64,000 bases of DNA from Candidatus Nomurabacteria bacterium (GTDB lineage Bacteria; Patescibacteriota; Minisyncoccia; Phycocordibacterales; UBA9973), in NCBI GenBank assembly GCA_943350875.1, contig CALRAL010000001.1, positions 165,017 to 229,016 on the forward strand, written 5' to 3'. Position numbers and translations under genes: made by a program. Below the pieces are notes generated by a model. The model made no database searches and was not told the DNA's origin. It saw only the letters and a list, made by a program, of their open reading frames with translations. Shown one piece after another: positions 30,263 to 40,156 of the stretch. Within the stretch, counting starts at the first letter, position 1. Each line of letters opens with the position of its first letter.

Positions 30263-31765
30263 CTATTTCAAAAAGTTAGCTTTAAACTCAATTACTGCTT
30301 TTTTGAAGGATTCTTCGCTTTTTTCGCTATACATGCCTTTTTCTTTAATTTCAGCAAAAAAGTCTTTTGCATTATTTTGAGTATATTCTATAAGGTCTGT
30401 TTCGAAGGCTTTAATCCTATCTAAGGGTATTTCATCCATCAAACCCTTGGTGAGGGCGTACAGTACGGCTACCTGATGTTCTACTATCATAGGGGCATAT
30501 TGTGGCTGTTTTAGGACTTCCACGGCTCTTTTACCCCTTTCTAGCTGTCTTTTAGTTGATTCATCAAGGTCAGAACCAAATTGCGAGAACGCTTCAAGCT
30601 CACGGAATTGAGCCAAATCAAGCTTTAAGGTGCCAGCCACCTTTTTCATCGCCTTTATCTGAGCCATTCCTCCAACCCGAGACACAGAAAGACCGATATT
30701 TACAGCAGGACGAATACCTTTATAGAACAAATCTGTCTCCAGGAAAATCTGCCCATCGGTGATAGAGATGACGTTTGTGGGAATGTATGCAGACACATCG
30801 CCAGCCTGAGTTTCAATTATTGGCAGTGCAGTGATAGATCCTCCGCCATATTGTTTATTCCTTCGGCATGCGCGTTCGAGCAAACGTGAATGCAAATAAA
30901 AAACATCTCCCGGATATGCTTCACGACCTGGTGGACGACGCAAGAGAAGTGATATTTCACGATATGCCACAGCATGTTTGGAAAGATCATCATAAATGAT
31001 GAGCACATCTTTACCTTGATCCATAAAATATTCAGCGATAGAAACTCCAGTATAAGGTGCAATATATGAAAGAGCTGCAGACTCGGAAGCAGAAGCATTT
31101 ACAATAACTGTGTATTTCATCGCGCCACCTTCTTCGAGGCGGACTTGAAGTTTGCGAAGTTTAGAATCTTTTTGGCCAATTGAAACATACACACAGATCA
31201 TGTTTTGACCTTTCTGGTTTAGAATTGTATCTATAGCGATAGCTGTCTTACCTGTCTGTCTGTCTCCAATGATGAGCTCACGCTGACCACGACCGATAGG
31301 GATAGTCGCATCGATAACCTTGATACCTGTTGATACTGGTTGGTCCACACCCTGGCGTGTTATGACTCCGGGAGCCACTTTTTCTACAGGATATGTCTTT
31401 TCAGCTTTTATCACACCTTTGCCATCAACTGGCATACCCAAAGCATTCACCACACGTCCCATAATACTGTCTGAAACAGGAACTTCGAGGATTTTCCCCG
31501 TAGCTTTTACCTCATCACCTTCTCTGATACCAGAAGTATCACCGAAAATAATCGCACCGATGGTGTCTTCTTCAAGGTTTAGCACTACGCCGACTTCACC
31601 ATTTGGAAAAGTCACCATTTCAGAAGATTTTACATCCGCCAGTCCAGAAATCTTTGCAATACCATCAAAAACTTCTATCACATGACCTATTTTTTCTGCT
31701 TTGAGGGAGCTTGAGAAGCGATCTATCTCCTTTTTTAAATTGTCTACTATGTAATTACTGTTCAT
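30263..31765 (-). CDS. atpA: F1 ATP synthase subunit alpha
   Basis: Walker [10 protein letters not shown]; full alpha/beta fold. Confidence 0.95.
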   Translation of the reverse strand: MNSNYIVDNLKKEIDRFSSSLKAEKIGHVIEVFDGIAKISGLADVKSSEMVTFPNGEVGVVLNLEEDTIGAIIFGDTSGIREGDEVKATGKILEVPVSDSIMGRVVNALGMPVDGKGVIKAEKTYPVEKVAPGVITRQGVDQPVSTGIKVIDATIPIGRGQRELIIGDRQTGKTAIAIDTILNQKGQNMICVYVSIGQKDSKLRKLQVRLEEGGAMKYTVIVNASASESAALSYIAPYTGVSIAEYFMDQGKDVLIIYDDLSKHAVAYREISLLLRRPPGREAYPGDVFYLHSRLLERACRRNKQYGGGSITALPIIETQAGDVSAYIPTNVISITDGQIFLETDLFYKGIRPAVNIGLSVSRVGGMAQIKAMKKVAGTLKLDLAQFRELEAFSQFGSDLDESTKRQLERGKRAVEVLKQPQYAPMIVEHQVAVLYALTKGLMDEIPLDRIKAFETDLIEYTQNNAKDFFAEIKEKGMYSEKSEESFKKAVIEFKANFLK

Positions 31766-32172
31766 ATTTCTCTTGTTAAATGTTCTTGTAATTTTTTAAT
31801 TTTATAACTGACAGTATTGTCTATTTTCTCATCACCCACTTCTATTTTTACTCCGCCAAACAATTCTTTGTTCAAAACTTCTTCTAAGATTACTTCTTTT
31901 GCTTTATAATGTTCTCCTAAAATCTTTTTTAAATCTTTTTTTGCTTCTTCTTTCAAAACTCTCGAACTTGATACCTTTGCCACCACTCTACCCTCATCTT
32001 TATTCATTATTTTAGCCAAACTTTTCAATATTTCTTTTGATTTTGGAAGTAATCTTTTTCTATATAAAAACTTGGTGACATTTTTAAATAAAGAATGCAG
32101 CTCGGACTCATTCTTATCTTTAGAAAGGAAATAAATTGCGCGAGCTATGTCATTGTTTGAAACTTTGGCCAT
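31762..32172 (-). CDS. atpH: ATP synthase subunit delta (short, 136 aa)
   Basis: Assigned by position between atpF and atpA and weak OSCP-like helical pattern. Confidence 0.55.
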   Translation of the reverse strand: MAKVSNNDIARAIYFLSKDKNESELHSLFKNVTKFLYRKRLLPKSKEILKSLAKIMNKDEGRVVAKVSSSRVLKEEAKKDLKKILGEHYKAKEVILEEVLNKELFGGVKIEVGDEKIDNTVSYKIKKLQEHLTREI

Positions 32173-32175
32173 ATA

Positions 32176-32667
32176 TTATAAATTACTCAATTCTTTTATC
32201 GTTTTTTCATCAAAAGAAGCATCTAGCTTTTTATCTATTAATTTTTCTGTCACTTTCATCACCAATGACACTATCTCATTCTTTGCATCTGCAACCATTT
32301 TTGTCTTTTCAGCTTCAAGAGTCTTTTTACCATCACTTATCATAATGGCTACATCAGACTTTGCTTTCTCTAACATCTCATCTTTTTTTATTTCGGCTTC
32401 TTTTATAGTGTTATTAAATAATATTTGCGCTTCAGTTTTAGCTTTGACTAACACTTTCTCATACTCGATATTTGTTTTTTCTAAAATTTGAGCATTTTCT
32501 TCAGCATCATCTACCCCTTTTGCTATCTTTTCTCCACGTTCTTTCATTAACTTGCTAAGTGGCTTGAGCGCATAAATATAAAGCATGGTAAATACAATAC
32601 TAAAGTTCAAAACTTGAGCGATAATAATTTTCCAATCTATGTGAAATGTTGAAACAATTGAATCCAT
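32176..32667 (-). CDS. atpF: Fo ATP synthase subunit b
   Basis: N-terminal TM then a long charged coiled coil; position. Confidence 0.7.
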   Translation of the reverse strand: MDSIVSTFHIDWKIIIAQVLNFSIVFTMLYIYALKPLSKLMKERGEKIAKGVDDAEENAQILEKTNIEYEKVLVKAKTEAQILFNNTIKEAEIKKDEMLEKAKSDVAIMISDGKKTLEAEKTKMVADAKNEIVSLVMKVTEKLIDKKLDASFDEKTIKELSNL

Positions 32668-32763
32668 AATTTAAATAAAAAAATAATTTTAAAACCACGC
32701 ATAGCGCGCAGTATTGAAAATTAAAAATCTAATAAATTAGACCTTTAATTTTCGAACTGCAAA

Positions 32764-32979
<216 letters not shown>

Positions 32980-33043
32980 TTATTTTAATTTTTTAATAAT
33001 AAACAACTGCCAGAACGACTAATCGGGCAATTTGATAATAAAT

Positions 33044-33931
33044 TTATACCACTCCCTGTGTTAATTTTTGGTGTTCGTGACTCTCCCCGCCTGCATCGTT
33101 ATGCGAAGCATTGCGGGCAGGCTCGTGATCGTGATCACTTGATGAAATCGTAAAGTAAACCACGAGCAGCATAGAGAATATCAAAGCTTGAATAAATCCA
33201 ACCAATATCTCAAGAAACAAGAACGGGATAGGCACAACATAAGCCACAAGCGCTGATATTGAGACCAAAAGCACTTCCCCAGCAAAAATGTTTCCAAAAA
33301 GACGGAAAGAAAGCGATGCTATTTTTGCCACTTCTCCAGCTATTTCTATCAAACCAACAAAGAACGTAATAGGAGCTACGATTATAACTGTTGGCTCCTT
33401 TTTTATCTTGGTAAAGATACTACCAAGCACACTCAGATTAACATATTTATTAAAAGTTTTCCATATACCTACGGATACTACACCAAACAAATTCGCACCG
33501 ATAACAGCTGACACTGCCAGAGCTAAAGTCGTGTTCACATCTGCCGTCCCTCCACGCAAAAACGGGATGAAGGATTTTATTCCTTCGTGGTTTTCAATGA
33601 GTCCAAAGCCTCCAAGTGGTATAAGTCCAAGCCAATTATTTACTAAAATAAAAAAGAAAACAGAGATAGCCATGGGGAAAATCCTGATAGAAAGAGCTCT
33701 ATCATTCGTTACTTGATCACACATAGATAAAGCTCCTTCTGCAAAAACCTCAAAAACGTTCTGAATTCCCTTTGGAATTTCTTTTAATTTACGACGGAGA
33801 AAAATTGAAATGATAACGATAACTGCCACAGCTACCCAGCTTGTTATAAGAGCATTGGTGATATGAAAACTACCAAAATCAGTTATTTTTTCTGCGAATA
33901 TTGTTGTTTCGTGTAATATTTTTTCTTTCAT
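33044..33931 (-). CDS. atpB: Fo ATP synthase subunit a; C-terminus carries an in-frame Family-1 insertion (PARNASHNDAGG)
   Basis: Conserved Arg helix SFRLFGNIFAGEVLL. Confidence 0.85.
   Translation of the reverse strand: MKEKILHETTIFAEKITDFGSFHITNALITSWVAVAVIVIISIFLRRKLKEIPKGIQNVFEVFAEGALSMCDQVTNDRALSIRIFPMAISVFFFILVNNWLGLIPLGGFGLIENHEGIKSFIPFLRGGTADVNTTLALAVSAVIGANLFGVVSVGIWKTFNKYVNLSVLGSIFTKIKKEPTVIIVAPITFFVGLIEIAGEVAKIASLSFRLFGNIFAGEVLLVSISALVAYVVPIPFLFLEILVGFIQALIFSMLLVVYFTISSSDHDHEPARNASHNDAGGESHEHQKLTQGVV
33085..33121. repeat. Family-1 palindrome copy 3 (inside the atpB 3' end)
   Basis: CCCCGCCTGCATCGTTATGCGAAGCATTGCGGGCAGG. Confidence 0.75.
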
Positions 33932-34221
33932 AAATTCTTATTTTTTTCCCCGCCTGCATCGCTATGCGAAGCATTGCGGGCAGGTATCGAATCTTGTCTC
34001 TCTAATTTTATTTTATATTTTTTTACAGTTTTGACAATACCATAAGCTGAAAGTAAAAAAGATAAAATTATTAGTATAAAAAATATCCAAGGCTTGGTAT
34101 TGTATTTATTATCTAAATATTTTCCAATAATCAAAGCCAAAATTACGGGCACAATAATCCATGTGGATATGTCGCTAAATATTTGAACTCCTGTTTTCCA
34201 CCATATATCATTTTTACCCAT
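33928..34221 (-). CDS. Small two-TM protein at the head of the atp operon (AtpZ/AtpI-like), C-terminus extended by a Family-1 insertion
   Basis: Start trimmed to MGKNDIWW because the ORF-track N-extension overlaps a tRNA; two hydrophobic helices; position. Confidence 0.4.
   Translation of the reverse strand: MGKNDIWWKTGVQIFSDISTWIIVPVILALIIGKYLDNKYNTKPWIFFILIILSFLLSAYGIVKTVKKYKIKLERQDSIPARNASHSDAGGEKNKNL
33948..33984. repeat. Family-1 palindrome copy 4 (3' end of the atpZ-like gene, at the atpB start)
   Basis: CCCCGCCTGCATCGCTATGCGAAGCATTGCGGGCAGG. Confidence 0.75.
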
Positions 34222-34223
34222 AG

Positions 34224-34297
34224 TGAGTGTGGATGGAATCGGACCATCGACCTCTGTCTTATCAGGACAGCGTTCTACCACTGAACTACACACTCAT
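34224..34297 (-). tRNA. tRNA-Ile (anticodon GAT)
   Basis: Acceptor GAGTGTG/CACACTC, D-arm GTTC-AGTGGTA-GAAC, anticodon arm CTGTC-CTGATAA-GACAG, T-arm GATGG-TCCGATT-CCATC. Confidence 0.8.
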
Positions 34298-34384
34298 ATC
34301 TAAAAAATATAACAAAAATAAGGAGTTTAGGCAAATTTTAAGTAAAAAAATATAAAAAGAAAGTTTGCTGTTTTATAAACAAAC

Positions 34385-34410
34385 AAAAAGCGCCCTTTTG
34401 AGCGCTTTTT
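34385..34410. terminator. Bidirectional intrinsic terminator AAAAAGCGC-CCTTTT-GAGCGCTTTTT
   Basis: GC stem flanked by A-run and T-run; downstream of the RRM gene. Confidence 0.6.
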
Positions 34411-34430
34411 GTTTTAAGAAATTACTAGAG

Positions 34431-34772
34431 TTAGTATTCTCGGCGACCACCACGAGAGCCACCGCCGTAACCACCATTCCCTCCACCGTATCCGCCAGAG
34501 CCACCAGTTCTTGGTGGACGAGCTTCCATAGGACGAGCTTCATTCACTGTGAGTTTTCGTCCTTCGAATTCTTGTTCATTGAACATTGAGATAGCAGCTT
34601 GTGCTTCCTCGTTGGTTGACATTTCAACGAAACCGAAACCCTTTGAACGACCGGACATTTTGTCCATAATAATCACAGCTGATGTAACATTTCCAGCTTG
34701 TGCGAAAAGCTCTTTAAGAGCATCTTCTTGAACACTGTAAGGGAGTCCCCCTACATATAGCTTTGTAGCCAT
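34431..34772 (-). CDS. RRM-type RNA-binding protein with Gly-rich tail
   Basis: RNP2 LYVGGL and RNP1 KGFGFVEM; C-term GGSGGYGGGNGGYGGGSRGG. Confidence 0.8.
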   Translation of the reverse strand: MATKLYVGGLPYSVQEDALKELFAQAGNVTSAVIIMDKMSGRSKGFGFVEMSTNEEAQAAISMFNEQEFEGRKLTVNEARPMEARPPRTGGSGGYGGGNGGYGGGSRGGRREY

Positions 34773-34939
34773 ATTATATACTTCTCCTATTTTTTAAAAA
34801 AATTAGGCAAAAACTATTTTATAATGCCTAATCTATCGATAGATCAAGCGTAGATACTCTTAACGCCCGCTTCACAAGGAAACACAAAAGCTATACGAGA
34901 AACTACTGTATATAGTATAACACATCCTAAATAAAAAGG

Positions 34940-36694
34940 CTATTCCAAGAATCCGCCAGTTTGATGATTCCAGAGGTCTGCATAGAAACCGCCTTTTTCG
35001 AGCAATGTTTTATGATTCCCTTCTTCCACAATTTTGCCATTATCAAGCACTATGATCCTATCCATCTTTTGGATTGTAGAGAGTCTATGCGCAATGACTA
35101 TTGTAGTCTTACCTTTCATAAGTTCATTGAACGCTTCTTGAATATATGATTCACTTATACTATCGAGCGAACTTGTCGCCTCATCTAGAAGTAATATCGG
35201 TGCAGATTTAAGCATTGCGCGAGCTATAGCTACACGTTGGCGTTCTCCACCGGAGAGTTTGATTCCCCTTTCCCCAACCAGAGTTTCGTAACCTTTTTCA
35301 AATTTTGAGATAAATTCATGAGCATGAGCTTTTTTAGACGCATCAATTATTTCTTCATCTCTCGCATCTGACTTGGAATAGCCGATATTTTCAGAAAGAC
35401 TTCTATGGAATAATATCGAGTCTTGTGGCACATAAGATATCTTTGACCTTAGATCATCTTGAGTTATTTTAGAAATATCCTGCCCATCGATAGTGATGAC
35501 TCCCGCTTTCAAGTCTGCAAAACGAAGCAATATCTTTGTGATAGTCGATTTACCAGAGCCAGAATGCCCCACCAAACCTATTTTTTCTCCTGCTTTTATT
35601 TTCAAATTAAAATCGTCAAATACATGTGCCCCACCAATATATGTAAAAGAAACATTTTCAAAACTTATTTCTCCATTTTTAATTCTCAAAGCTTCCGGAT
35701 TCACCGGATCCAAAATATCCGGCACTTGGTCAAAGATGTCAGTCATTTCTTTCGAATTTGATATTTCTTTCATAAGTCTTGCTATAGCTTTACCTAAATC
35801 CCAAATACGACTGAAAATACTAAGCATATATGCTTGAACAAGAACCAAGGTACCAGTAGAAACTTCATCTTTTAGCCAAAGATAAATCATTGTATATAAA
35901 ACAATTATCTGAAGAGTAGCCATTAAATAACCCTGGATTACTTGTCTTTTATTATTAAAAAACCAAGCTTGAGTTCTTTTCTCGTATTCATTTTGAGTTA
36001 CTTTTTTAAATAAATTGAATTCAGAAAATGATGCAGAAAATATTTTTAAATTCAAAACATTAGTGATAGTATCTGCAAAAGCACCTGTAGTCTTTGAATC
36101 GGCTTCTGCTTCTTCTAAATCATATCTAATTTTAGTTTTTATAGAAAAAGTAGTAAAAGTAATATATAAAATAACCCAAATTAAAAATATAAAACCAATT
36201 AAAGGAATTGTGTAAAACAAAACAAAAAACACTCCTGAAAGTTCAATGAAAATAAACCAGAAATTAAATGCCAAAACATCAACAATCCTTTCGAAAGAAG
36301 CTGAAAATCTTTTTGCTTTTGCTACTAAACTGCCAGAAAAGTTATTGGAGAAAAAAGTATAAGAATGTTTTAATAAAAAACTAAAAGTATTATTATGAAT
36401 TTCTCTCATGGAATTTGATTCAAAATTCATTAAAGCTTTATCTGCAATTCTAAAAAATGTCTGATAAGCAAAAATAATTATTCCAGCTTTCAAGACAAGA
36501 TTTACTAAAGCTTTAGCTACAGTTGATTTTTCTGGCGAATTAGAAATTAAATCTACAATTTTTTTTAAAATAATTGGATTTATTACAGACGCTAAAATAA
36601 TAGCTCCTGCATAAAAAATAAGACATAAATAAAAAGCTAATTTATATTTTTTAGCTGATAACCAATAATATTTAAAAACAGTTTTGAATTTCAT
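34940..36694 (-). CDS. ABC transporter, fused permease/ATPase (MsbA-like exporter)
   Basis: Six TM, Walker A GHSGSGKST, signature LSGGERQRVAIARA, Walker B ILLLDEATS. Confidence 0.8.
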   Translation of the reverse strand: MKFKTVFKYYWLSAKKYKLAFYLCLIFYAGAIILASVINPIILKKIVDLISNSPEKSTVAKALVNLVLKAGIIIFAYQTFFRIADKALMNFESNSMREIHNNTFSFLLKHSYTFFSNNFSGSLVAKAKRFSASFERIVDVLAFNFWFIFIELSGVFFVLFYTIPLIGFIFLIWVILYITFTTFSIKTKIRYDLEEAEADSKTTGAFADTITNVLNLKIFSASFSEFNLFKKVTQNEYEKRTQAWFFNNKRQVIQGYLMATLQIIVLYTMIYLWLKDEVSTGTLVLVQAYMLSIFSRIWDLGKAIARLMKEISNSKEMTDIFDQVPDILDPVNPEALRIKNGEISFENVSFTYIGGAHVFDDFNLKIKAGEKIGLVGHSGSGKSTITKILLRFADLKAGVITIDGQDISKITQDDLRSKISYVPQDSILFHRSLSENIGYSKSDARDEEIIDASKKAHAHEFISKFEKGYETLVGERGIKLSGGERQRVAIARAMLKSAPILLLDEATSSLDSISESYIQEAFNELMKGKTTIVIAHRLSTIQKMDRIIVLDNGKIVEEGNHKTLLEKGGFYADLWNHQTGGFLE

Positions 36695-36734
36695 AGAATT
36701 TTATTCTTGAATATCAAGGACTACCCTCCATATT

Positions 36735-37706
36735 TTACTCTTCGTCTTCACTACCTGTCTCGCCAGACTCAAGTGAAGATATTATTTCACTCATATCGCC
36801 TTCCATTATCTTTGGCAGATTATGCCAAGATTTCTTTATACGGTGATCAGTGATACGATCTTGCGGAAAATTATAAGTACGAATTTTCTCTGACCTATCA
36901 CCTGAACCTATCTGGTCTTTGCGGGTACCTGCATATTTCTTTGCTTCTTCCTCTTCTTTTAACGCTTGGATTTTAGCGGTCAAAATAGTCATCGCTTTTT
37001 CACGGTTTGCGAGCTGACTGCGTTCGTTTGTAGACCTCACATCGAGCCCTGTCGGCTTGTGGATAAGGCGTACAGCAGTTTCCACTTTGTTCACATTTTG
37101 CCCGCCTTTACCACCGGAGCGTGAATATTCCATTTCCAAATCTGCAGGATTTATCACAAAGGAAACTTTCTTCTTAATTGGAAGCACTGCCACAGATGCA
37201 GTAGAAGTATGCACCCTGCCATTCTTTTCAGTTGCAGGAATTCTCTGTACTCGATGAACCCCAGTCTCATAACGCATTTTCTTGTACACATCTTTACCTT
37301 TTATTTCAAAACTCGCTTCTTTAAAACCGTTCAGGTCACTTTTTGATTCATAATTTACTTTCCAGTCCCATCGCTGCGTTTCAGCAAATTTCTCATACAT
37401 ATGTGCAAGTTCCCAGGCAAAAAGTGAAGCCTCGTCACCTCCAGCTCCAGCTCGCACTTCAAGCACTATTTCATTTGGAAATTCCTCCTCTTCTTTATCC
37501 TTGTCTAAAATCTCTTGAATATTCTTTTCTGTATTCTCCCTCTGTTCTTCTATATTCTTTAATTCACCCTCAACCATTTCATGTAAAGTTCCATCATTTT
37601 TTAGTATTTCACACACTTCTTTTTCCTCACGATCTAATCGCTCTAAAATATCTGCTAGATAACTAGTCTTGTGATTCTTCTTAAGTTCTTCTAAATCAAA
37701 TGACAT
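36735..37706 (-). CDS. prfA: Peptide chain release factor 1
   Basis: GGQ motif [18 protein letters not shown] and RF1 tripeptide PAT; acidic C-terminal extension. Confidence 0.85.
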   Translation of the reverse strand: MSFDLEELKKNHKTSYLADILERLDREEKEVCEILKNDGTLHEMVEGELKNIEEQRENTEKNIQEILDKDKEEEEFPNEIVLEVRAGAGGDEASLFAWELAHMYEKFAETQRWDWKVNYESKSDLNGFKEASFEIKGKDVYKKMRYETGVHRVQRIPATEKNGRVHTSTASVAVLPIKKKVSFVINPADLEMEYSRSGGKGGQNVNKVETAVRLIHKPTGLDVRSTNERSQLANREKAMTILTAKIQALKEEEEAKKYAGTRKDQIGSGDRSEKIRTYNFPQDRITDHRIKKSWHNLPKIMEGDMSEIISSLESGETGSEDEE

Positions 37707-37726
37707 AAAATTATCAAAAAAATAAA

Positions 37727-37810
37727 AAGCCTCCTAAAATTTTTCGCTCCTGAAGGGTCCCAACCAGTACTCTGGGAAGGGCGTAGGGACGGAAAATTTC
37801 AGGAGGCTTT
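37727..37810. repeat. Family-2 variant element with 18-bp TIRs AAAGCCTCCTAAAATTTT/AAAATTTCAGGAGGCTTT around core GGGTCCCAACCAGTACTCTGGGAAGGGCG; also acts as a terminator-like hairpin between rpmE and prfA
   Basis: Core matches the in-dus element at 6978. Confidence 0.65.
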
Positions 37811-37815
37811 GTTTT

Positions 37816-38034
37816 TTACTTCTTAACTTTTGCAGAGGCAGCTCGGCGCTTATTGAAACGATCAACACGTCCAGCTGTATCCATTATCTTTTCATTGCCA
37901 GTATAAAAAGGATGACATTGACTACAGATTTCTATTTTAACTTCAGGCATAGTAGAACCCACTTCAAAAGTAGCTCCACAAGCACAGGTAGCCTTTGTTT
38001 TTAAATCATATTTTGGATGGATATCTTTTTTCAT
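37816..38034 (-). CDS. rpmE: 50S ribosomal protein L31
   Basis: MKKDIHPKY...CxC...C..CHPFYTG. Confidence 0.85.
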   Translation of the reverse strand: MKKDIHPKYDLKTKATCACGATFEVGSTMPEVKIEICSQCHPFYTGNEKIMDTAGRVDRFNKRRAASAKVKK

Positions 38035-38057
38035 ATTTTTTATATGTTATCACAATT

Positions 38058-39401
38058 TTAACTCGAAAGCAAATCTATATTATCCTGTATGCTTTTTGCT
38101 TTTTTCATTACATTATCACCATAGAAAGCATTAGCTTTCTTTTTCCAATTAGCACCAGCATAATATTTAAGGGCAGCCGTTCGTTCAGCCGTATAACCCC
38201 CATTATTAGCGCCTAATTCTTCTAGGTATATAGAAGTAGCAAAAAATGCATCCCTCGGCTCCCAAGGGTTCGGCATCCCACCGATAACCAAAGCACTGGC
38301 TATTTTATCCGCATAAAGTTCCCAAGTTGAAGGAATAAATTGCGAAGGACCCATCGCTCCACCCCAGCCCCCATGCCAAGGACAAGAAAGTGGTACAGAA
38401 TACGGATTAAGCCCTAAGGCCGAAGTTATTCGTTGAAACGGCGCTATATCCCTATCTGGTTTCATTATATATTTCCAACTTTTCTCTGTTCCATCACCCA
38501 AGCGATTACAGGTCCCAACATTTTCTCCTAAATTTGTCTCTTGAGTTAGAATTGCAAGCACAAATGCTGAACGGACACCTGTTTTAGCTTCTGCTTCTTT
38601 AGCATATTGGAGAGCAGTACCGAAAGGAATAGCTTTTGTATCTCGAAGGGCAAATAGCGCAGCGCGTATTTTATCTGCTCTGGCTTTTTTCTCAGCCACC
38701 AGTTTTTGATAAGAATCTTCTTTTTGTTTACTGACAGCGAGTAAAAGTTTCTTTTCAGCTTCAGTTTGAGCAACTTTTTTCTGAGTATTTTCTAATTCTA
38801 CTTTTGCATCCGTCTCAGCATTTTGTTTTATTTCTAAATCTTTTTTCTCCGCTTCTGTTTGAGTTTTTATTCCCATTATTCTATCTACGGATATCTTCAC
38901 TGCTTGTTTTATGGAAGCATATGATTCTAAATCACTATAAAAAGCTTGCAAGCTATCATCAGAAAAAATAAAGTAAACAAAATCTTTATTATCAAAATCA
39001 TTTGTATTGCGAAGGAGTTGAGCGATAGATTCATATTGTTTATCTATCCTATCTGACAGAGTATCTATCTTCAAAACTTTTTCTTTAATAGAAAGTTTTA
39101 ACTGAGCAATAACTAAAGTGCGGGCCTTTACTTTAGCTTTAAGGGCATTAATCTGGCTAGTCAAATAATTCACATCGCCTTTTAATGTTCCAGTTTGTTT
39201 ATTTTGTTCTTTTAGTTGAGCTTCTAGATTCGCTTGTTCTTGCAAAAGCTGATTTAGTTCATTCTGGCAATAATCTTTATCTGATTGTGGAGAAGCAATA
39301 TTAAGATTTAAACAATCAAATACCGCATGTGCATTTTGCGTTTTTGTAAGAAAAAATAATAAAAATACAACAAAAAAAGTAATGGCATTCTTTTTTACCA
39401 T
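38058..39401 (-). CDS. Secreted coiled-coil protein with C-terminal lytic-transglycosylase-like domain
   Basis: Signal peptide, about 250-aa coiled coil, then AILTQETNLG (catalytic-Glu-like) and aromatic-rich C-term; family-level call only. Confidence 0.4.
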   Translation of the reverse strand: MVKKNAITFFVVFLLFFLTKTQNAHAVFDCLNLNIASPQSDKDYCQNELNQLLQEQANLEAQLKEQNKQTGTLKGDVNYLTSQINALKAKVKARTLVIAQLKLSIKEKVLKIDTLSDRIDKQYESIAQLLRNTNDFDNKDFVYFIFSDDSLQAFYSDLESYASIKQAVKISVDRIMGIKTQTEAEKKDLEIKQNAETDAKVELENTQKKVAQTEAEKKLLLAVSKQKEDSYQKLVAEKKARADKIRAALFALRDTKAIPFGTALQYAKEAEAKTGVRSAFVLAILTQETNLGENVGTCNRLGDGTEKSWKYIMKPDRDIAPFQRITSALGLNPYSVPLSCPWHGGWGGAMGPSQFIPSTWELYADKIASALVIGGMPNPWEPRDAFFATSIYLEELGANNGGYTAERTAALKYYAGANWKKKANAFYGDNVMKKAKSIQDNIDLLSS

Positions 39402-39434
39402 AATTTTATTATAACATATTTGAGGTTTAAAAAA

Positions 39435-40121
39435 TTAATTTTCTTTTTTATTTTCAATTATAGATGTAGACACTGATCCTTCTTCTCCTGCTTCGCCGGC
39501 AGGCAGGTCTTTCTTGCCTTTCTTCTCTACTTCAATAGCAGATAGATCAACAGGAGCTACTACTTCTTCTTTTTCTTCAACTTGTTCAGCAATAGAAGCT
39601 ACAACATCGTTGGCATGAGTAATAACTGTAACTCCAGTAGGGATTCTAATATCTGAAACCAATATTTGACTTTGCAATGTTTCAAGAGTGGAGATATCAG
39701 CAACCAAATTCTGCGGCAAATCTTTAGGCAAAGCTTCAATTTCAACTTCATACATAACTTTAACTAATGTACCCAAACCACTCTTTACCGCACCTGAAAT
39801 ACCAGTGAATTCTAGAGGGACTTTAACCTTCAATTTTTTATTCATATCAATAGCAAGGAAATCCACATGTATTGGTTCACTCGTCACTGGATCAGTCTGA
39901 ACTTCATGAATAATAGCATCTATAATACCATCTAGAGTGGTGATTTTAAGAGCAGAAGACTCTCCAGCTTTGTGCCAAACTTTCTTGAATTCAACATTAG
40001 ATACAGAAATAGGAGTGTTTTTCTGACCTGCTCCGTAAAAAACAGCAGGTATTTCGCCTGTTTTTCTTAATGTATCCAATTTTATTTTAGGATCTCGATT
40101 TTTCGCCTTAATTCCAAACAT
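39435..40121 (-). CDS. rplY: 50S ribosomal protein L25 / general stress protein Ctc
   Basis: KLDTLRKTGEIPAVFYGAGQKNTPISV beta-barrel N-domain plus acidic C-term. Confidence 0.8.
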   Translation of the reverse strand: MFGIKAKNRDPKIKLDTLRKTGEIPAVFYGAGQKNTPISVSNVEFKKVWHKAGESSALKITTLDGIIDAIIHEVQTDPVTSEPIHVDFLAIDMNKKLKVKVPLEFTGISGAVKSGLGTLVKVMYEVEIEALPKDLPQNLVADISTLETLQSQILVSDIRIPTGVTVITHANDVVASIAEQVEEKEEVVAPVDLSAIEVEKKGKKDLPAGEAGEEGSVSTSIIENKKEN

Positions 40122-40156
40122 AAAAATATTATATAGGAAAATTAAAAAAATGCAAA

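Noticed and set aside
32668-32763. Possible degenerate Family-1 copy in the atpE-atpF spacer (CGCATAGCGCGCAG)
   Set aside because: Only about 9 nt match the reverse complement of the repeat core, which is too short to call.
33928-34293. N-terminal 24 residues of the AtpZ-like ORF (MCSSVVERCPDKTEVDGPIPSTLT)
   Set aside because: This segment is the tRNA-Ile gene read in a protein frame. The CDS start was trimmed to the downstream Met.
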